The translations under genes and the position numbers were made by a program. A DNA stretch of 28,440 bases, from contig JANJUX010000012.1 of assembly GCA_024710355.1 (NCBI GenBank), positions 64,001 to 92,440 on the forward strand. The letters run 5' to 3'. Position 1 is the first letter of the stretch. Each line of letters begins with the position of its first letter. Shown piece after piece: positions 17,811 to 26,500 of the stretch. A model generated the notes under the pieces. That model saw only the letters and a program-made list of their open reading frames with translations. It did not search any database and was not told the origin of the DNA. Origin of the DNA: Candidatus Rifleibacteriota bacterium. Lineage in GTDB: Bacteria > Muiribacteriota > Ozemobacteria > Ozemobacterales > Ozemobacteraceae.

Positions 17811-18500
17811 TTATTTTCCGGGTCTGAATTCGATCAGTCGGCAATTGACTTCGCTGGTGGTTCCCTGATGTGAATAGATGTAGCCGGTAAAACCGACGCC
17901 ATGGGTAAATTTCCAGGTGGTTGTGTCCGGGCCGGTAGACAGGCTGATCGAAACTTCGTCGGGAGTGCCGGTAAGCTTCAGACCTTTTACCGCTGCGGCA
18001 GAAAACGGTGTTTTGCCTTCAACCCGGTAAACATACATCGGAATGCCCGAAAGCAGCTGCGCAGTTTCGCCGAAGGTTTTTTCTTCTACCAGCGGAAAAT
18101 CGAGCAGCAGATCAGCTTCGGTAACCGATTCGCCCAGGCTCTCGCCGGTGATGGCCTTTTCCCAGACCTCTTTGATTCTCTCGTCGCCCTGAATCAGATA
18201 GAGCCGCCAGGGCCCGGCCAGAATCATCAGAAATGGTGACGGTTTTTTGCCTTTTTCATAAAAGGTCAGGTCGCTCGGCAGGCCAGAGCCTTTTGCAAAA
18301 GTAATGTTTTCCCAGGCGGTTACCGAGGTTATTTCGGTTGTCCAGGTGAGGGTTTCGCTCAGTTCTTTGCCTTCAGAATCGGCTTTGACGTCGGCGCTGT
18401 AGACCCATGCGGTGCCGGTTGCCAGCTGCAGCGGCAGGCTTTCGGCTGCCGTTACGGTGAGGGAAATAAGACAGAAAATGACAATAAGAGCGTGTTTCAT
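17811..18500 (-). CDS. Hypothetical secreted protein (first gene of the secreted-protein operon).
   Basis: MKHALIVIFCLISLTVTAAESL signal peptide begins at the internal Met at 18500, with AGGA upstream. The longer track ORF (to 18713) has no signal-peptide logic. Confidence 0.6.
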   Translation of the reverse strand: MKHALIVIFCLISLTVTAAESLPLQLATGTAWVYSADVKADSEGKELSETLTWTTEITSVTAWENITFAKGSGLPSDLTFYEKGKKPSPFLMILAGPWRLYLIQGDERIKEVWEKAITGESLGESVTEADLLLDFPLVEEKTFGETAQLLSGIPMYVYRVEGKTPFSAAAVKGLKLTGTPDEVSISLSTGPDTTTWKFTHGVGFTGYIYSHQGTTSEVNCRLIEFRPGK

Positions 18501-18890
18501 AGGTTTAATCCTGCTTTTGGAGTAATTGTCCTGGCGGTGTCCTGCTAAAAACCGGAAAACTGGCTGGTTTATTTTGTGTACCCTCTGATCCTCTCTAAGA
18601 TTATGAAAAATATCACAAACTTCGCAAAGGTTCAAGTTTTTGCTCTTTGACTTTTCAAAGCCAGTTCTGATGCGAATCGGAGCGGTCGATTTTTCGTGTA
18701 AAGCTCGTTGCAAAGCTTGGTCAGGCGCAGCGGCAATTTATGTCATGGTTAAGGGTGGCCCGGCGCTCTGTGCGTAAAAATCAGTTGGTGAATCATTGCC
18801 GATCTGATAGACTCAGGTTTCACATACGGGGCTGTAATTGCCTGGATTTTTTGTGGGAACCTGTATTTTCGAACAAAAGGGGACATAAAG

Positions 18891-19487
18891 ATGAAAAGAA
18901 ATTTCAATCACCTGATTCTTGCAGTATTACTCGCTTTTACCGCACCGGGCTTTGCCGGCGAAGTTAAGCCGGCTGATGCTGCCGGGCAGCCGGTGACCGA
19001 ACAGGCCGCTGTAACTGAACAGGCTGCTGTAAATCAGGAAACCGACATCGATATAAATAACCCGATTGAAAAAGCCTTCGCCAAAGATTTTGAGATGGCC
19101 CAGGCCACCCCGGAAATCAATTATGTGAACGAAGCTTATCTCGAAGCCTGGAAGGCGGAGATGGCCAATGCCGCCGCAGTTGTTAAAAAATCACTGCCAC
19201 ATCAGGATGACGGCAAGCGGGTTGATGAGTATGTTGCCGTCGGCAGCGCTCTTGCAGACAAAGCCTTTGAACTTGAAATGCTCAACTGGATTTCAGACCC
19301 CGAAGCGCCGATTGCCGACCGTTCTTTCGGAACCGGCGCCACCGGCGGTGCCATGCTTGCTCAGGCCAGAGTCTATAAACAGGTGACTTTGAATCTGATC
19401 ACGCATTATCAGGCAAATCCAGATATGGCTTATTCCTTTATCTACAGCGGCAAAGGCGCCGATCTCGAAAAACTCAGAGCACAATAA
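18891..19487 (+). CDS. Hypothetical secreted protein. It is divergent from the secreted operon and has a short tandem repeat PVTEQAAVTEQAAV.
   Basis: Signal peptide MKRNFNHLILAVLLAFTAPGFAGE. RBS AAAGGGGA. Confidence 0.6.
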   Translation: MKRNFNHLILAVLLAFTAPGFAGEVKPADAAGQPVTEQAAVTEQAAVNQETDIDINNPIEKAFAKDFEMAQATPEINYVNEAYLEAWKAEMANAAAVVKKSLPHQDDGKRVDEYVAVGSALADKAFELEMLNWISDPEAPIADRSFGTGATGGAMLAQARVYKQVTLNLITHYQANPDMAYSFIYSGKGADLEKLRAQ

Positions 19488-19662
19488 CTCTCTGATTCGA
19501 AGAAATCCCGTTCAATAAAATAAACCGACTCGGCTTTTGTCGAAGCTTACTGGCTTTTGAAGAAGCTGTCAGAAATGTTTTCTCTGCAAATATGTCGGGT
19601 ACTGTCTATGGTTGACGCCCTGTAAATTCAGGCTGCCGCATTTTATCTTGCCCGGAAATAGA

Positions 19663-21138
19663 TCAATGTGAGTCAGGCGGTTGTATTTGTTCTTTGATCC
19701 AGTCGGTTACAAGGCTCAGAGTCTCAGTTGCCACGGTTTCTGCAAGCGGGTAAGTTGCAGAGGCATATTTGACCGGTCTGCGCATCTGGTGGTCTAAATC
19801 TGGAAAAGTGTGGATTTTGAATGACGGGCATTGACTGGCACGCAGATGTTTTTCAAGTTCGGCTGCATTAGGTTCTGGCAGAACATTTTCGTCTAAGCCT
19901 GCAAAGACGCCAAGGACCGGGCAGGAAATCCCCCGATATGACGCGGCAGGGTCGAAAACTGCCATGAATAGCATCCAGGGACTGCACCATTCTTGTAATT
20001 CATTTTCTATGCCGATCTGTCCTTTTTCTCTTGCTGGAAACCCGATCATTACACGGTCTTCTTCTGACAGGCCGGCAAGAAAAGATGTGTAAAAAGTTCT
20101 GAAAATCAACTTGTCTGAGTTGTCTCTTGAGATTTTCACAAGTTTCTGCCAGGCTTCGGCTTCAAACTTTCTGCGCAATTCTGCCTGTCGCTCATTGGTT
20201 CCTTTTCTGCGGTTTATCGAAGGGGCCTGCTGTTCCCATATTTTGCTGATTGGAAAAACCGGCGGAGCCAGCAGAACCAGAAAGTCGACAGACCGACATT
20301 CTGAAGCGACCATGGCGGCAACCAGACCGCCTTCGCTGTGCCCGAGAATGCCGGTTCGGCTGACTTCGGGGCGTTTCTTCAGAAAGTCGATGCAGGAACT
20401 GGCATCTGCCGAAAAATCTGCAGTGGTAGCTTCATTAAAAATGCCTTCTGAGCCGCCAACGCCCCGGTCGTCACAGCGAAGCACAACCAGGCCGCTTCTT
20501 GTCAGGTGGTCGGCCCAGACCAGGAACGGGCGATGGAAATAACATTCTGAATCGCGGCCCTGAGCATGCTGGCCGTTTAAAAGGAGAATGGCGGTATAAG
20601 ATCCTGGCTCAGCAGGTCTGGTGATGGTGCCTGCCAGTTCGGGCCGGTTGTCTTTGCCGGGTATTATGACCTCCTCGACCAGATAGGGAAACGGCGGCCA
20701 GGGGTGCTGCTTCGTGAACATGAAGGCTGGAGTTGCCACTGAGTTCATCGTCAGCCACCATGAAGTGTAAGGTTCTTCATTCCAGGCGCCAGTGATTGTG
20801 TTTGAAGCAATTGTTCCTGAAAAAGAAACGTTTCTGGTTGAGATTCTGAAGCTTAACTGGTTTCCCGATAGTTTCAGGTGGTCAACCGGGCCGGCCCAGC
20901 CCGGCCGCGAGGCGGTAACACTCATTTTCGGCTGTTTCCCGTCTGTGGACATCTGCAGGTAGAAGTGCAGCGGAAATTTGTCCGCTTCAAGGCGCCCTTC
21001 CCAGAAGGTCGTGGAACCGGGAGTTATTGCCGGTGCATTCGTCGCCTCTTGTTCGCCGCAGCCGCAGAAAAGTGTTGCCAGCAAAATGCCGATAATCGCG
21101 GCTGCATAAGTTTTATTCCGGTTAAAACATTTTTTCAT
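19663..21138 (-). CDS. Alpha/beta hydrolase fold protein, probable lipoprotein (S9/dienelactone-hydrolase-like esterase or peptidase).
   Basis: Nucleophile elbow ILGHSEGGLVAA (GxSxG). N-terminal hydrophobic leader ending in CGC (AIIGILLATLFCGCG). A beta-rich N-terminal domain precedes the hydrolase fold. Confidence 0.75.
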   Translation of the reverse strand: MKKCFNRNKTYAAAIIGILLATLFCGCGEQEATNAPAITPGSTTFWEGRLEADKFPLHFYLQMSTDGKQPKMSVTASRPGWAGPVDHLKLSGNQLSFRISTRNVSFSGTIASNTITGAWNEEPYTSWWLTMNSVATPAFMFTKQHPWPPFPYLVEEVIIPGKDNRPELAGTITRPAEPGSYTAILLLNGQHAQGRDSECYFHRPFLVWADHLTRSGLVVLRCDDRGVGGSEGIFNEATTADFSADASSCIDFLKKRPEVSRTGILGHSEGGLVAAMVASECRSVDFLVLLAPPVFPISKIWEQQAPSINRRKGTNERQAELRRKFEAEAWQKLVKISRDNSDKLIFRTFYTSFLAGLSEEDRVMIGFPAREKGQIGIENELQEWCSPWMLFMAVFDPAASYRGISCPVLGVFAGLDENVLPEPNAAELEKHLRASQCPSFKIHTFPDLDHQMRRPVKYASATYPLAETVATETLSLVTDWIKEQIQPPDSH

Positions 21139-21435
21139 TGCGAGAGGAGAGGGTAATTCAAGGCCTCATTTCGGTCAATTTTTTTGTCAGACTTTTTCTT
21201 AAGCCCGGTTGGTTTGCAACTCAATAAATATGCGTAGTTTAAATCGCCACAATGGCCCTGCCCACACCGTTTCAAATCGCTAAATTGCACATACTGGTAA
21301 TTAACAGGCAGGTGTAATAAGATAACCTGATGATCGCAGTGCAAATGGCTTTGTCTCGAAAAACATCAGGACTGGTTAAAGATCTGGAGAATTAAATAAG
21401 GTGTAATCTGCTCATTACGAGCTATTTAAACAAAT

Positions 21436-22089
21436 ATGGACATCTCAAACTATCAAGGCATTATCTTTGACCTCGACGGAACTCTTCTCGATACCCTGAC
21501 CGATCTCGCCGATGCGACGAACCGGGTGCTGGCGCGCCACGGCTTTGCAACGCATCCTGCCGCTGCCTACCGCTATTTCGTTGGCGATGGTATGCGCATG
21601 CTCGTCGAACGCGCCTTGCCGCCAGAACAGAGGGTTGCTGCGGTTATCGACGCGGTTTTTTTAGAGCTGCATGCCGATTACGGGGAAAACTGGGCCGTGG
21701 CCACCAGGCCATACGCGGGCGTGGTCGAACTGCTGGCCGGGTTGCAGCAGCGTGGCATAGTCATGTCGGTTCTTTCGAACAAACCCGATGAATTCACCGG
21801 CATCATGGTCAGAAAATATTTCCCTGACATCCCGTTTAAATGCATCTATGGCCTCAGTGAGCGGGTTGCGAAAAAACCTGACCCGTCCGGGGCACTGCGC
21901 ATTGCCACCGAAACTGGCATAAAACCAGAACAGACACTGTATCTTGGCGATACTCTTGTAGATATGAAAACGGCCGTCGCTGCAGGCATGTTTTCGATTG
22001 GCGCTCTGTGGGGTTTTCGCGATGAAACCGAACTGCGCGCCGGCGGCGCAAAACTTTTGCTGCAGCACCCGATGCAGTTGTTTGCTTAA
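21436..22089 (+). CDS. HAD-IA family hydrolase (phosphoglycolate phosphatase-like).
   Basis: Motif I IIFDLDGTLLDT. Motif II SVLSNK. Motif III/IV K...GDTLVDMKTA. Confidence 0.85.
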   Translation: MDISNYQGIIFDLDGTLLDTLTDLADATNRVLARHGFATHPAAAYRYFVGDGMRMLVERALPPEQRVAAVIDAVFLELHADYGENWAVATRPYAGVVELLAGLQQRGIVMSVLSNKPDEFTGIMVRKYFPDIPFKCIYGLSERVAKKPDPSGALRIATETGIKPEQTLYLGDTLVDMKTAVAAGMFSIGALWGFRDETELRAGGAKLLLQHPMQLFA

Positions 22090-22748
22090 TTGTCCAGGCT
22101 TTCTTTTTCGACGGTTTTTTTGAGCAGCTGACACAGTTCGAGAGCTTCTCTGGCAAGAGTTTCAAAATCAGGTGCCCATTCCAGCCGACCCTTGTGAAGA
22201 AACAGGGTTGAGCCGACGCCTTCGATCTGTGCCGCAGAACCGGCATAGCGCATCACGAAATTTCGAACCTCATTGTTGAAAAGATACCTTGCCAGAACTT
22301 CATCTTTGCTCTGCAATACAAAGGCCTTCGAAAACGGCAGATCTTCTTCGAAGTTGATATCCTGCATATCAAAAAAACGCCCGATACCGTCAGAAAGACT
22401 GTCTTCATATCTTAAATAAAAACTCGGCAGATTCATGCGGTAATCGATGATCAGGCAGGTCGTCGCGGCGCGCACCGAACCATCTTTGGAATAGTGAAGA
22501 TCAGCAATTTTAATTTCAACGTCTTCATCTTTTTTTGAAAAACAGTTCGAGGCGCTTACTGCGCGGCACAGATAATTACTCTTTTTGACGATGCGCAAAA
22601 AGTCCGCATCGCTTTCTTTGAAGGCAAAACCGAGTTTTTCGGCAGTCGCCTTCAGCGATTTCGTTCTCTCGCGGCGATATTCCCGCCGTTGCACTAAAAT
22701 CCACACGACAAACACTAAAAGCATCAAATACGGAAGAATATAGAGCAA
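22086..22748 (-). CDS. Hypothetical membrane-anchored protein (single N-terminal TM).
   Basis: MLYILPYLMLLVFVVWILV hydrophobic N-terminus followed by a soluble domain of unknown function. The 3' end overlaps the convergent HAD gene by 4 nt. Confidence 0.55.
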   Translation of the reverse strand: MLYILPYLMLLVFVVWILVQRREYRRERTKSLKATAEKLGFAFKESDADFLRIVKKSNYLCRAVSASNCFSKKDEDVEIKIADLHYSKDGSVRAATTCLIIDYRMNLPSFYLRYEDSLSDGIGRFFDMQDINFEEDLPFSKAFVLQSKDEVLARYLFNNEVRNFVMRYAGSAAQIEGVGSTLFLHKGRLEWAPDFETLAREALELCQLLKKTVEKESLDN

Positions 22749-23078
22749 AACTGATTTTCAACTCCTTGCCCTTATTTCATCAACAAAAATCCTGGCTGAA
22801 ACCATTGATTATTGCCAAACAAAAGCAATCCGGCTTATAACCGGGTCGAAGAACCGGCTCAACTTCGTTTGTGTGCTAATAATGCCTGGCAGTTGTTCGC
22901 ACTCGTATGATCCCCACAATATGGCGCTGCGAAGCAAAAATCAAGGGAAAAATTGAGATATAAAGGTGCTTCGCCTGACTTTGGCGGGCAACCGTCAAGA
23001 AAATCAGATCTAATCTTCTACGACCATCTTACTGATAACAAGCAGGTTTTAGTTCTGCCGGCCGGCGCGATTCGGCCC

Positions 23079-23723
23079 TTAGATCAGGCCTTTCTGTATG
23101 GCGAACTGAACCAGAGACGCGACATTCTTCGAGCCAAGTTTTTCGGAAAGGTTGGCGCGGTGATTTTCGACGGTGTGAATGCTTATCTGTAGATCGTGTG
23201 CAACTTCTTTGTTGGTCTTGCCGCTCGCGATCATAGTAAGAACCTGTTTTTCTCTTCGGGTGAGAATCTCGACTGACTGATCGTTTGCGTTGTCCATATT
23301 GTGAAGTTGCCTTTCAGCCAGCAGATTGTTCACAGATGGCGAAATGTACATTTTTCCGTTCTGGATTTTTTGTATTGCCCTGCACAATTCGTCTCCGGCG
23401 TCTTCTTTCGACATAAAACCTGCGGCCCCGAGGTTTTTTGCCTTTTCGAAGTGGGTGTAATCGCTCATCATCGACAGCATGAGCACTTTGATGTGAGGAA
23501 AACGATTTGAAATCTCTTTTAGGGCAGACAGGCCATCCATCTCGGGCATGGCGATATCTAGAACTATCAGGTCGCAGCTGATCTTTTTGAGCATTGCGAG
23601 AAGATCGATTCCATTTCTGGCTTCGCCAACGACTTTCCATCCCGGGTGCTTTTCTATGGCGCATTTAAGACCTTCGAGAAGGATGCTGTGATCGTCAGCC
23701 ACAATAATTTTACATTCTTTCAT
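23079..23723 (-). CDS. NarL/LuxR-family response regulator (REC + LuxR-type HTH).
   Basis: IIVADDHSILLEGL ... LDIAMPEMDG receiver motifs. C-terminal REKQVLTMIASGKTNKEVAHDLQISIHTVENHRANLSEKLG is a LuxR HTH. Its start overlaps the HK stop (ATGA). Confidence 0.9.
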   Translation of the reverse strand: MKECKIIVADDHSILLEGLKCAIEKHPGWKVVGEARNGIDLLAMLKKISCDLIVLDIAMPEMDGLSALKEISNRFPHIKVLMLSMMSDYTHFEKAKNLGAAGFMSKEDAGDELCRAIQKIQNGKMYISPSVNNLLAERQLHNMDNANDQSVEILTRREKQVLTMIASGKTNKEVAHDLQISIHTVENHRANLSEKLGSKNVASLVQFAIQKGLI

Positions 23724-25576
23724 ACCACTTTTTTCTCCTTGACCGGTATCGTAACCTTAAGCAGAGTACCTTTGCCCTTGTGAGATTCAATGCTCAATCT
23801 GCCTTTAATCAGGGCCGCCTGCTGTTTCATGAGAGCCAGGCCCAGGCCTTTTGCTGAAGATGTAAGCGAAGAGTTAAAGCCTTTGCCATTGTCGCTGACC
23901 TCAAGGGAGAAAACCGTCTTCTTCATGACAACGCTGACTCGCACCCTGGTCGCCTCCGAGTGCTTATGGATATTGTGAAGTGCTTCCTGAAGAATGCGAT
24001 AGATGATGATGTCTTTTTCTTTGAAACTTGCCTCATCAACATTGTTGTGAAAAAAGCGAATCTGAAGCTTTTCTGTCATCGAAGATTCAACCAGTTCCTT
24101 TATTGCCGGAATCAGACCGGCATACTTCAGACCCGGTGGCGAGAGTTTGTGTGCGAGAGTCCTGGTGTCACTGATTATCTTGTCGAGTTGCGACCTGATT
24201 TTTGCAAAAGCAGTGCGCATCAGGTGGTCTTTCTCGGGCAGAACTGAAGACGTGACGACCGTAAAAAGCTTTAAAGCGATGAGGGCCTGGCCGAACTCGG
24301 AATGAAGCACCTGAGAAATTCGGCTTCTTTCTTCTTCCTGGGCTATGATAATTCGTCTCGGAAGGTCCTGAAGCGAGGCAAATAAAAGGTTGTGACTGGT
24401 AATGTCTCTTTCGGTCGTTGCGAGGGCGAAAATTTTTCCATTCTGAATCAGGCGGGTTGCCTTTAGGCAGATGTCCAGTATGCTGCCGTCTCTGGCTATT
24501 CGCCTGGTTTCGAATGGTTTGATCAATACACCTGTGCGAACATCATCGAGCAAGTGGACTGTTTGTTGCTTGAGACGGGCAGGAGTCAGGTCGAATATCG
24601 ACATTTTTATCGCATCAGCAGCAGAATAACCATACATTTTTTCTGCCATCTGGTTCCAGGCCATGATGTTGCCTTTTAAATCCATCAGACAGATAGCATC
24701 GTTTGAATCTTCGATGACCGTGATCAGTCTTTGCCGGGAAGGGTTCTCATCGACCAAGCATCTGAAATTCTGCAGAACCTCATTGCTGAGCGACTCGCAC
24801 GTGCCCGCCGCGAGGTCATCTGCGCAGCATGTCTCGCCGACCTTGATACCACTGTTCATCGCTGTCCGGTTCGCGACGATTACTTTTCGATTTCTGTCGA
24901 CAAGAACTGCCGATTGCGGCAGCAGACTCAGAAGCATTGCATTGAGATCGGCGCTTTCTTTGAGAGCAATTGCATTGAGTTTGCTTTCGTTAATATCAGT
25001 GAACGAAACCCGGATATTGGTGGTGGTGCTTTCTTCACAGCAGATAGCCATGCTTTCAAGATGGGCAAAAAATGGCCTGCCGGCAACTTTTTTTAATTTT
25101 AGATCACAGGACTCATGAGCTTCGCTTTTTCGCACCTTCGCAAGGTAGAAATACAGGGCGTCCTGGAATTCCGGGGTAACAAAATCGGTAAACGGGTGGT
25201 GCAGAACCTGTGGCTTATCGACACCGAGAAGCCTGGCTGCAGTCAGGTTCGCTTCGATGATTTTTCCCTTTTCGCCGAGGGTAATATAGCCAACCGGTGC
25301 GAAATCATACAGGTCTTTGTATTTTGCCTGAACCCGCTCGGCATTTTCATGGGCCAGACGAAGATCTTCGTTTTGCATTTCGAGTTCGATCTGGTGAATA
25401 CGGAGTTCTTCGATAACCCTCTCCGGGGCCATTGCATTGTCATTGCCCGTGTAATCAGGCTTATTTCGCAAATACTTGACGGCGCGCCTTCGCAGCAAAG
25501 TTTTGCCCACAGTTTTTTTCTTCACGAGTTCCCCACCGTCCTTCCCGATTTCTGGCTCATTTCGAGCAGTCGGCAA
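23720..25576 (-). CDS. Cytoplasmic multi-PAS sensor histidine kinase, HisKA_3/NarX-type with HATPase_c.
   Basis: No TM segments. Several PAS-like blocks. HisKA_3 dimerisation/phospho-acceptor region RRIIIAQEEERSRISQVLHSEFGQ (conserved His). The C-terminal ATPase has N, G1 (DNGKGF) and G2 (GLGLALM) boxes. The start is uncertain, with no clear SD at 25576 or at the alternative Met at 25432. Confidence 0.85.
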   Translation of the reverse strand: MPTARNEPEIGKDGGELVKKKTVGKTLLRRRAVKYLRNKPDYTGNDNAMAPERVIEELRIHQIELEMQNEDLRLAHENAERVQAKYKDLYDFAPVGYITLGEKGKIIEANLTAARLLGVDKPQVLHHPFTDFVTPEFQDALYFYLAKVRKSEAHESCDLKLKKVAGRPFFAHLESMAICCEESTTTNIRVSFTDINESKLNAIALKESADLNAMLLSLLPQSAVLVDRNRKVIVANRTAMNSGIKVGETCCADDLAAGTCESLSNEVLQNFRCLVDENPSRQRLITVIEDSNDAICLMDLKGNIMAWNQMAEKMYGYSAADAIKMSIFDLTPARLKQQTVHLLDDVRTGVLIKPFETRRIARDGSILDICLKATRLIQNGKIFALATTERDITSHNLLFASLQDLPRRIIIAQEEERSRISQVLHSEFGQALIALKLFTVVTSSVLPEKDHLMRTAFAKIRSQLDKIISDTRTLAHKLSPPGLKYAGLIPAIKELVESSMTEKLQIRFFHNNVDEASFKEKDIIIYRILQEALHNIHKHSEATRVRVSVVMKKTVFSLEVSDNGKGFNSSLTSSAKGLGLALMKQQAALIKGRLSIESHKGKGTLLKVTIPVKEKKVV

Positions 25577-25723
25577 AGCCTGGGTGATTTCGGGCCATTA
25601 TGAATAAAGGGTGCATCTATGGCCTTTGTAATATCTGATTTACCGTCGTCAGGCCAAGACGCTGATGCTTTTGCTGATTGCATATACATTCTACCACGCC
25701 GGCAAAAAACAGGCCAAATAATT

Positions 25724-25733
25724 CGATGAAGGC
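25724..25733. repeat. Left copy of the 10-bp direct repeat CGATGAAGGC (putative target-site duplication).
   Basis: Identical to 25883-25892. It abuts the left TIR. Confidence 0.5.
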
Positions 25734-25882
25734 CAGGGCAAACGCATTAAATTCATGGATTCCGGGTCTACGCCCGGAATGACGGAACCGGATTACGTCA
25801 TTCCCGCGTTTATGCCCGGAACGGGTACAGGCGGGAATCTGGTCCAATTGAGATTCTAAGGTGTTTTAATGCGTTTGCCCTG
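25734..25882. mobile_element. Non-coding MITE-like element, 149 bp, with perfect 18-bp terminal inverted repeats (CAGGGCAAACGCATTAAA / TTTAATGCGTTTGCCCTG) and nested internal palindromes.
   Basis: I verified the TIRs by reverse complement. The element is immediately flanked by a 10-bp direct repeat CGATGAAGGC (25724-25733 and 25883-25892), consistent with a target-site duplication. It has no coding capacity. Confidence 0.55.
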
Positions 25883-25892
25883 CGATGAAGGC
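25883..25892. repeat. Right copy of the 10-bp direct repeat CGATGAAGGC (putative target-site duplication).
   Basis: Identical to 25724-25733. It abuts the right TIR. Confidence 0.5.
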
Positions 25893-26117
25893 CTTCTGAA
25901 AAAATGTCACAAAACATAATTGGGGAGCCGGGAAGTTACAACTGCAGAAGTTTCGGTTTCAATGCATAGTTTGAATTTGTCATTTTTATGAATATTTCAG
26001 AGGATTTTACCTGTAAGAAAACAGCGCTATTCTTAAATTACCACCAGAAGAAGCGCTTTAGCTGCAACCAGGCATTTAAAAAGCGCTGAAAACGATGAGG
26101 TGGAAGGAGGAAGGCGT

Positions 26118-26444
26118 ATGAATATTAGAAACTGGCTGTTTTTGGGGGTTTGCGCAATTGCTGTCGCGGGAGTCTTTCTGATTGTCGGTTGTTGCAAAAA
26201 GACCGGCATTGTTGAAAATCCGGCGGCCGGCCCTGCTGAGAAGGCCGGGGCCGCACTGGATAAGGCCGTCAAAACGACAGGTGAAGAGGCCGGAAAGCTT
26301 GCAGAAAAGGTAAATACAGAGGCCAGAGAAGCTGCCGGCAAGGCGATCAACAAAACCGGTCAGGCTCTTGAAAAAGCTGGTGACGGCCTGGCAAAAACTG
26401 GTGCAGATCTGCAGGAGAGCCTGGGTAATGCAATAAACCCATGA
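26118..26444 (+). CDS. Small lipoprotein with Lys/Ala/Gly-rich amphipathic repeats (LEA/YtxH-like low-complexity).
   Basis: Lipobox LIVGC after a hydrophobic leader (MNIRNWLFLGVCAIAVAGVFLIVGC). Repeats EKAGAALDKAVKTTGEEAGKLAEKVNTEAREAAGKAINKTGQALEKAGDGLAKTG. RBS GGAGGAAGG precedes the Met at 26118. Confidence 0.6.
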   Translation: MNIRNWLFLGVCAIAVAGVFLIVGCCKKTGIVENPAAGPAEKAGAALDKAVKTTGEEAGKLAEKVNTEAREAAGKAINKTGQALEKAGDGLAKTGADLQESLGNAINP

Positions 26445-26500
26445 CAAGAAATTGCCCCGTTCGTTTCACGCATGTGGAGCAAATCAAAAAAGGAGTAAAA

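Noticed and set aside
18532-18546. Sigma54-like element TGGCGG-N5-TGCT upstream of the 18891 gene.
   Set aside because: The GG/GC spacing is off by one relative to TGGCAC-N5-TTGC. It is about 350 nt from the nearest start codon and no enhancer-binding-protein gene is adjacent, so it is probably a chance match.
18950-19030. Short tandem amino-acid repeat (PVTEQAAVTEQAAV) and its DNA repeat in the 18891 gene.
   Set aside because: It is a single imperfect duplication of 18 nt inside a coding region, too small to call a repeat feature or a CRISPR-like array.
25617-25847. 76-aa minus-strand ORF in the HK upstream region.
   Set aside because: It runs through the MITE-like element including its internal palindromes. 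It has no RBS, so the reading frame is probably a by-product of the palindromic sequence.
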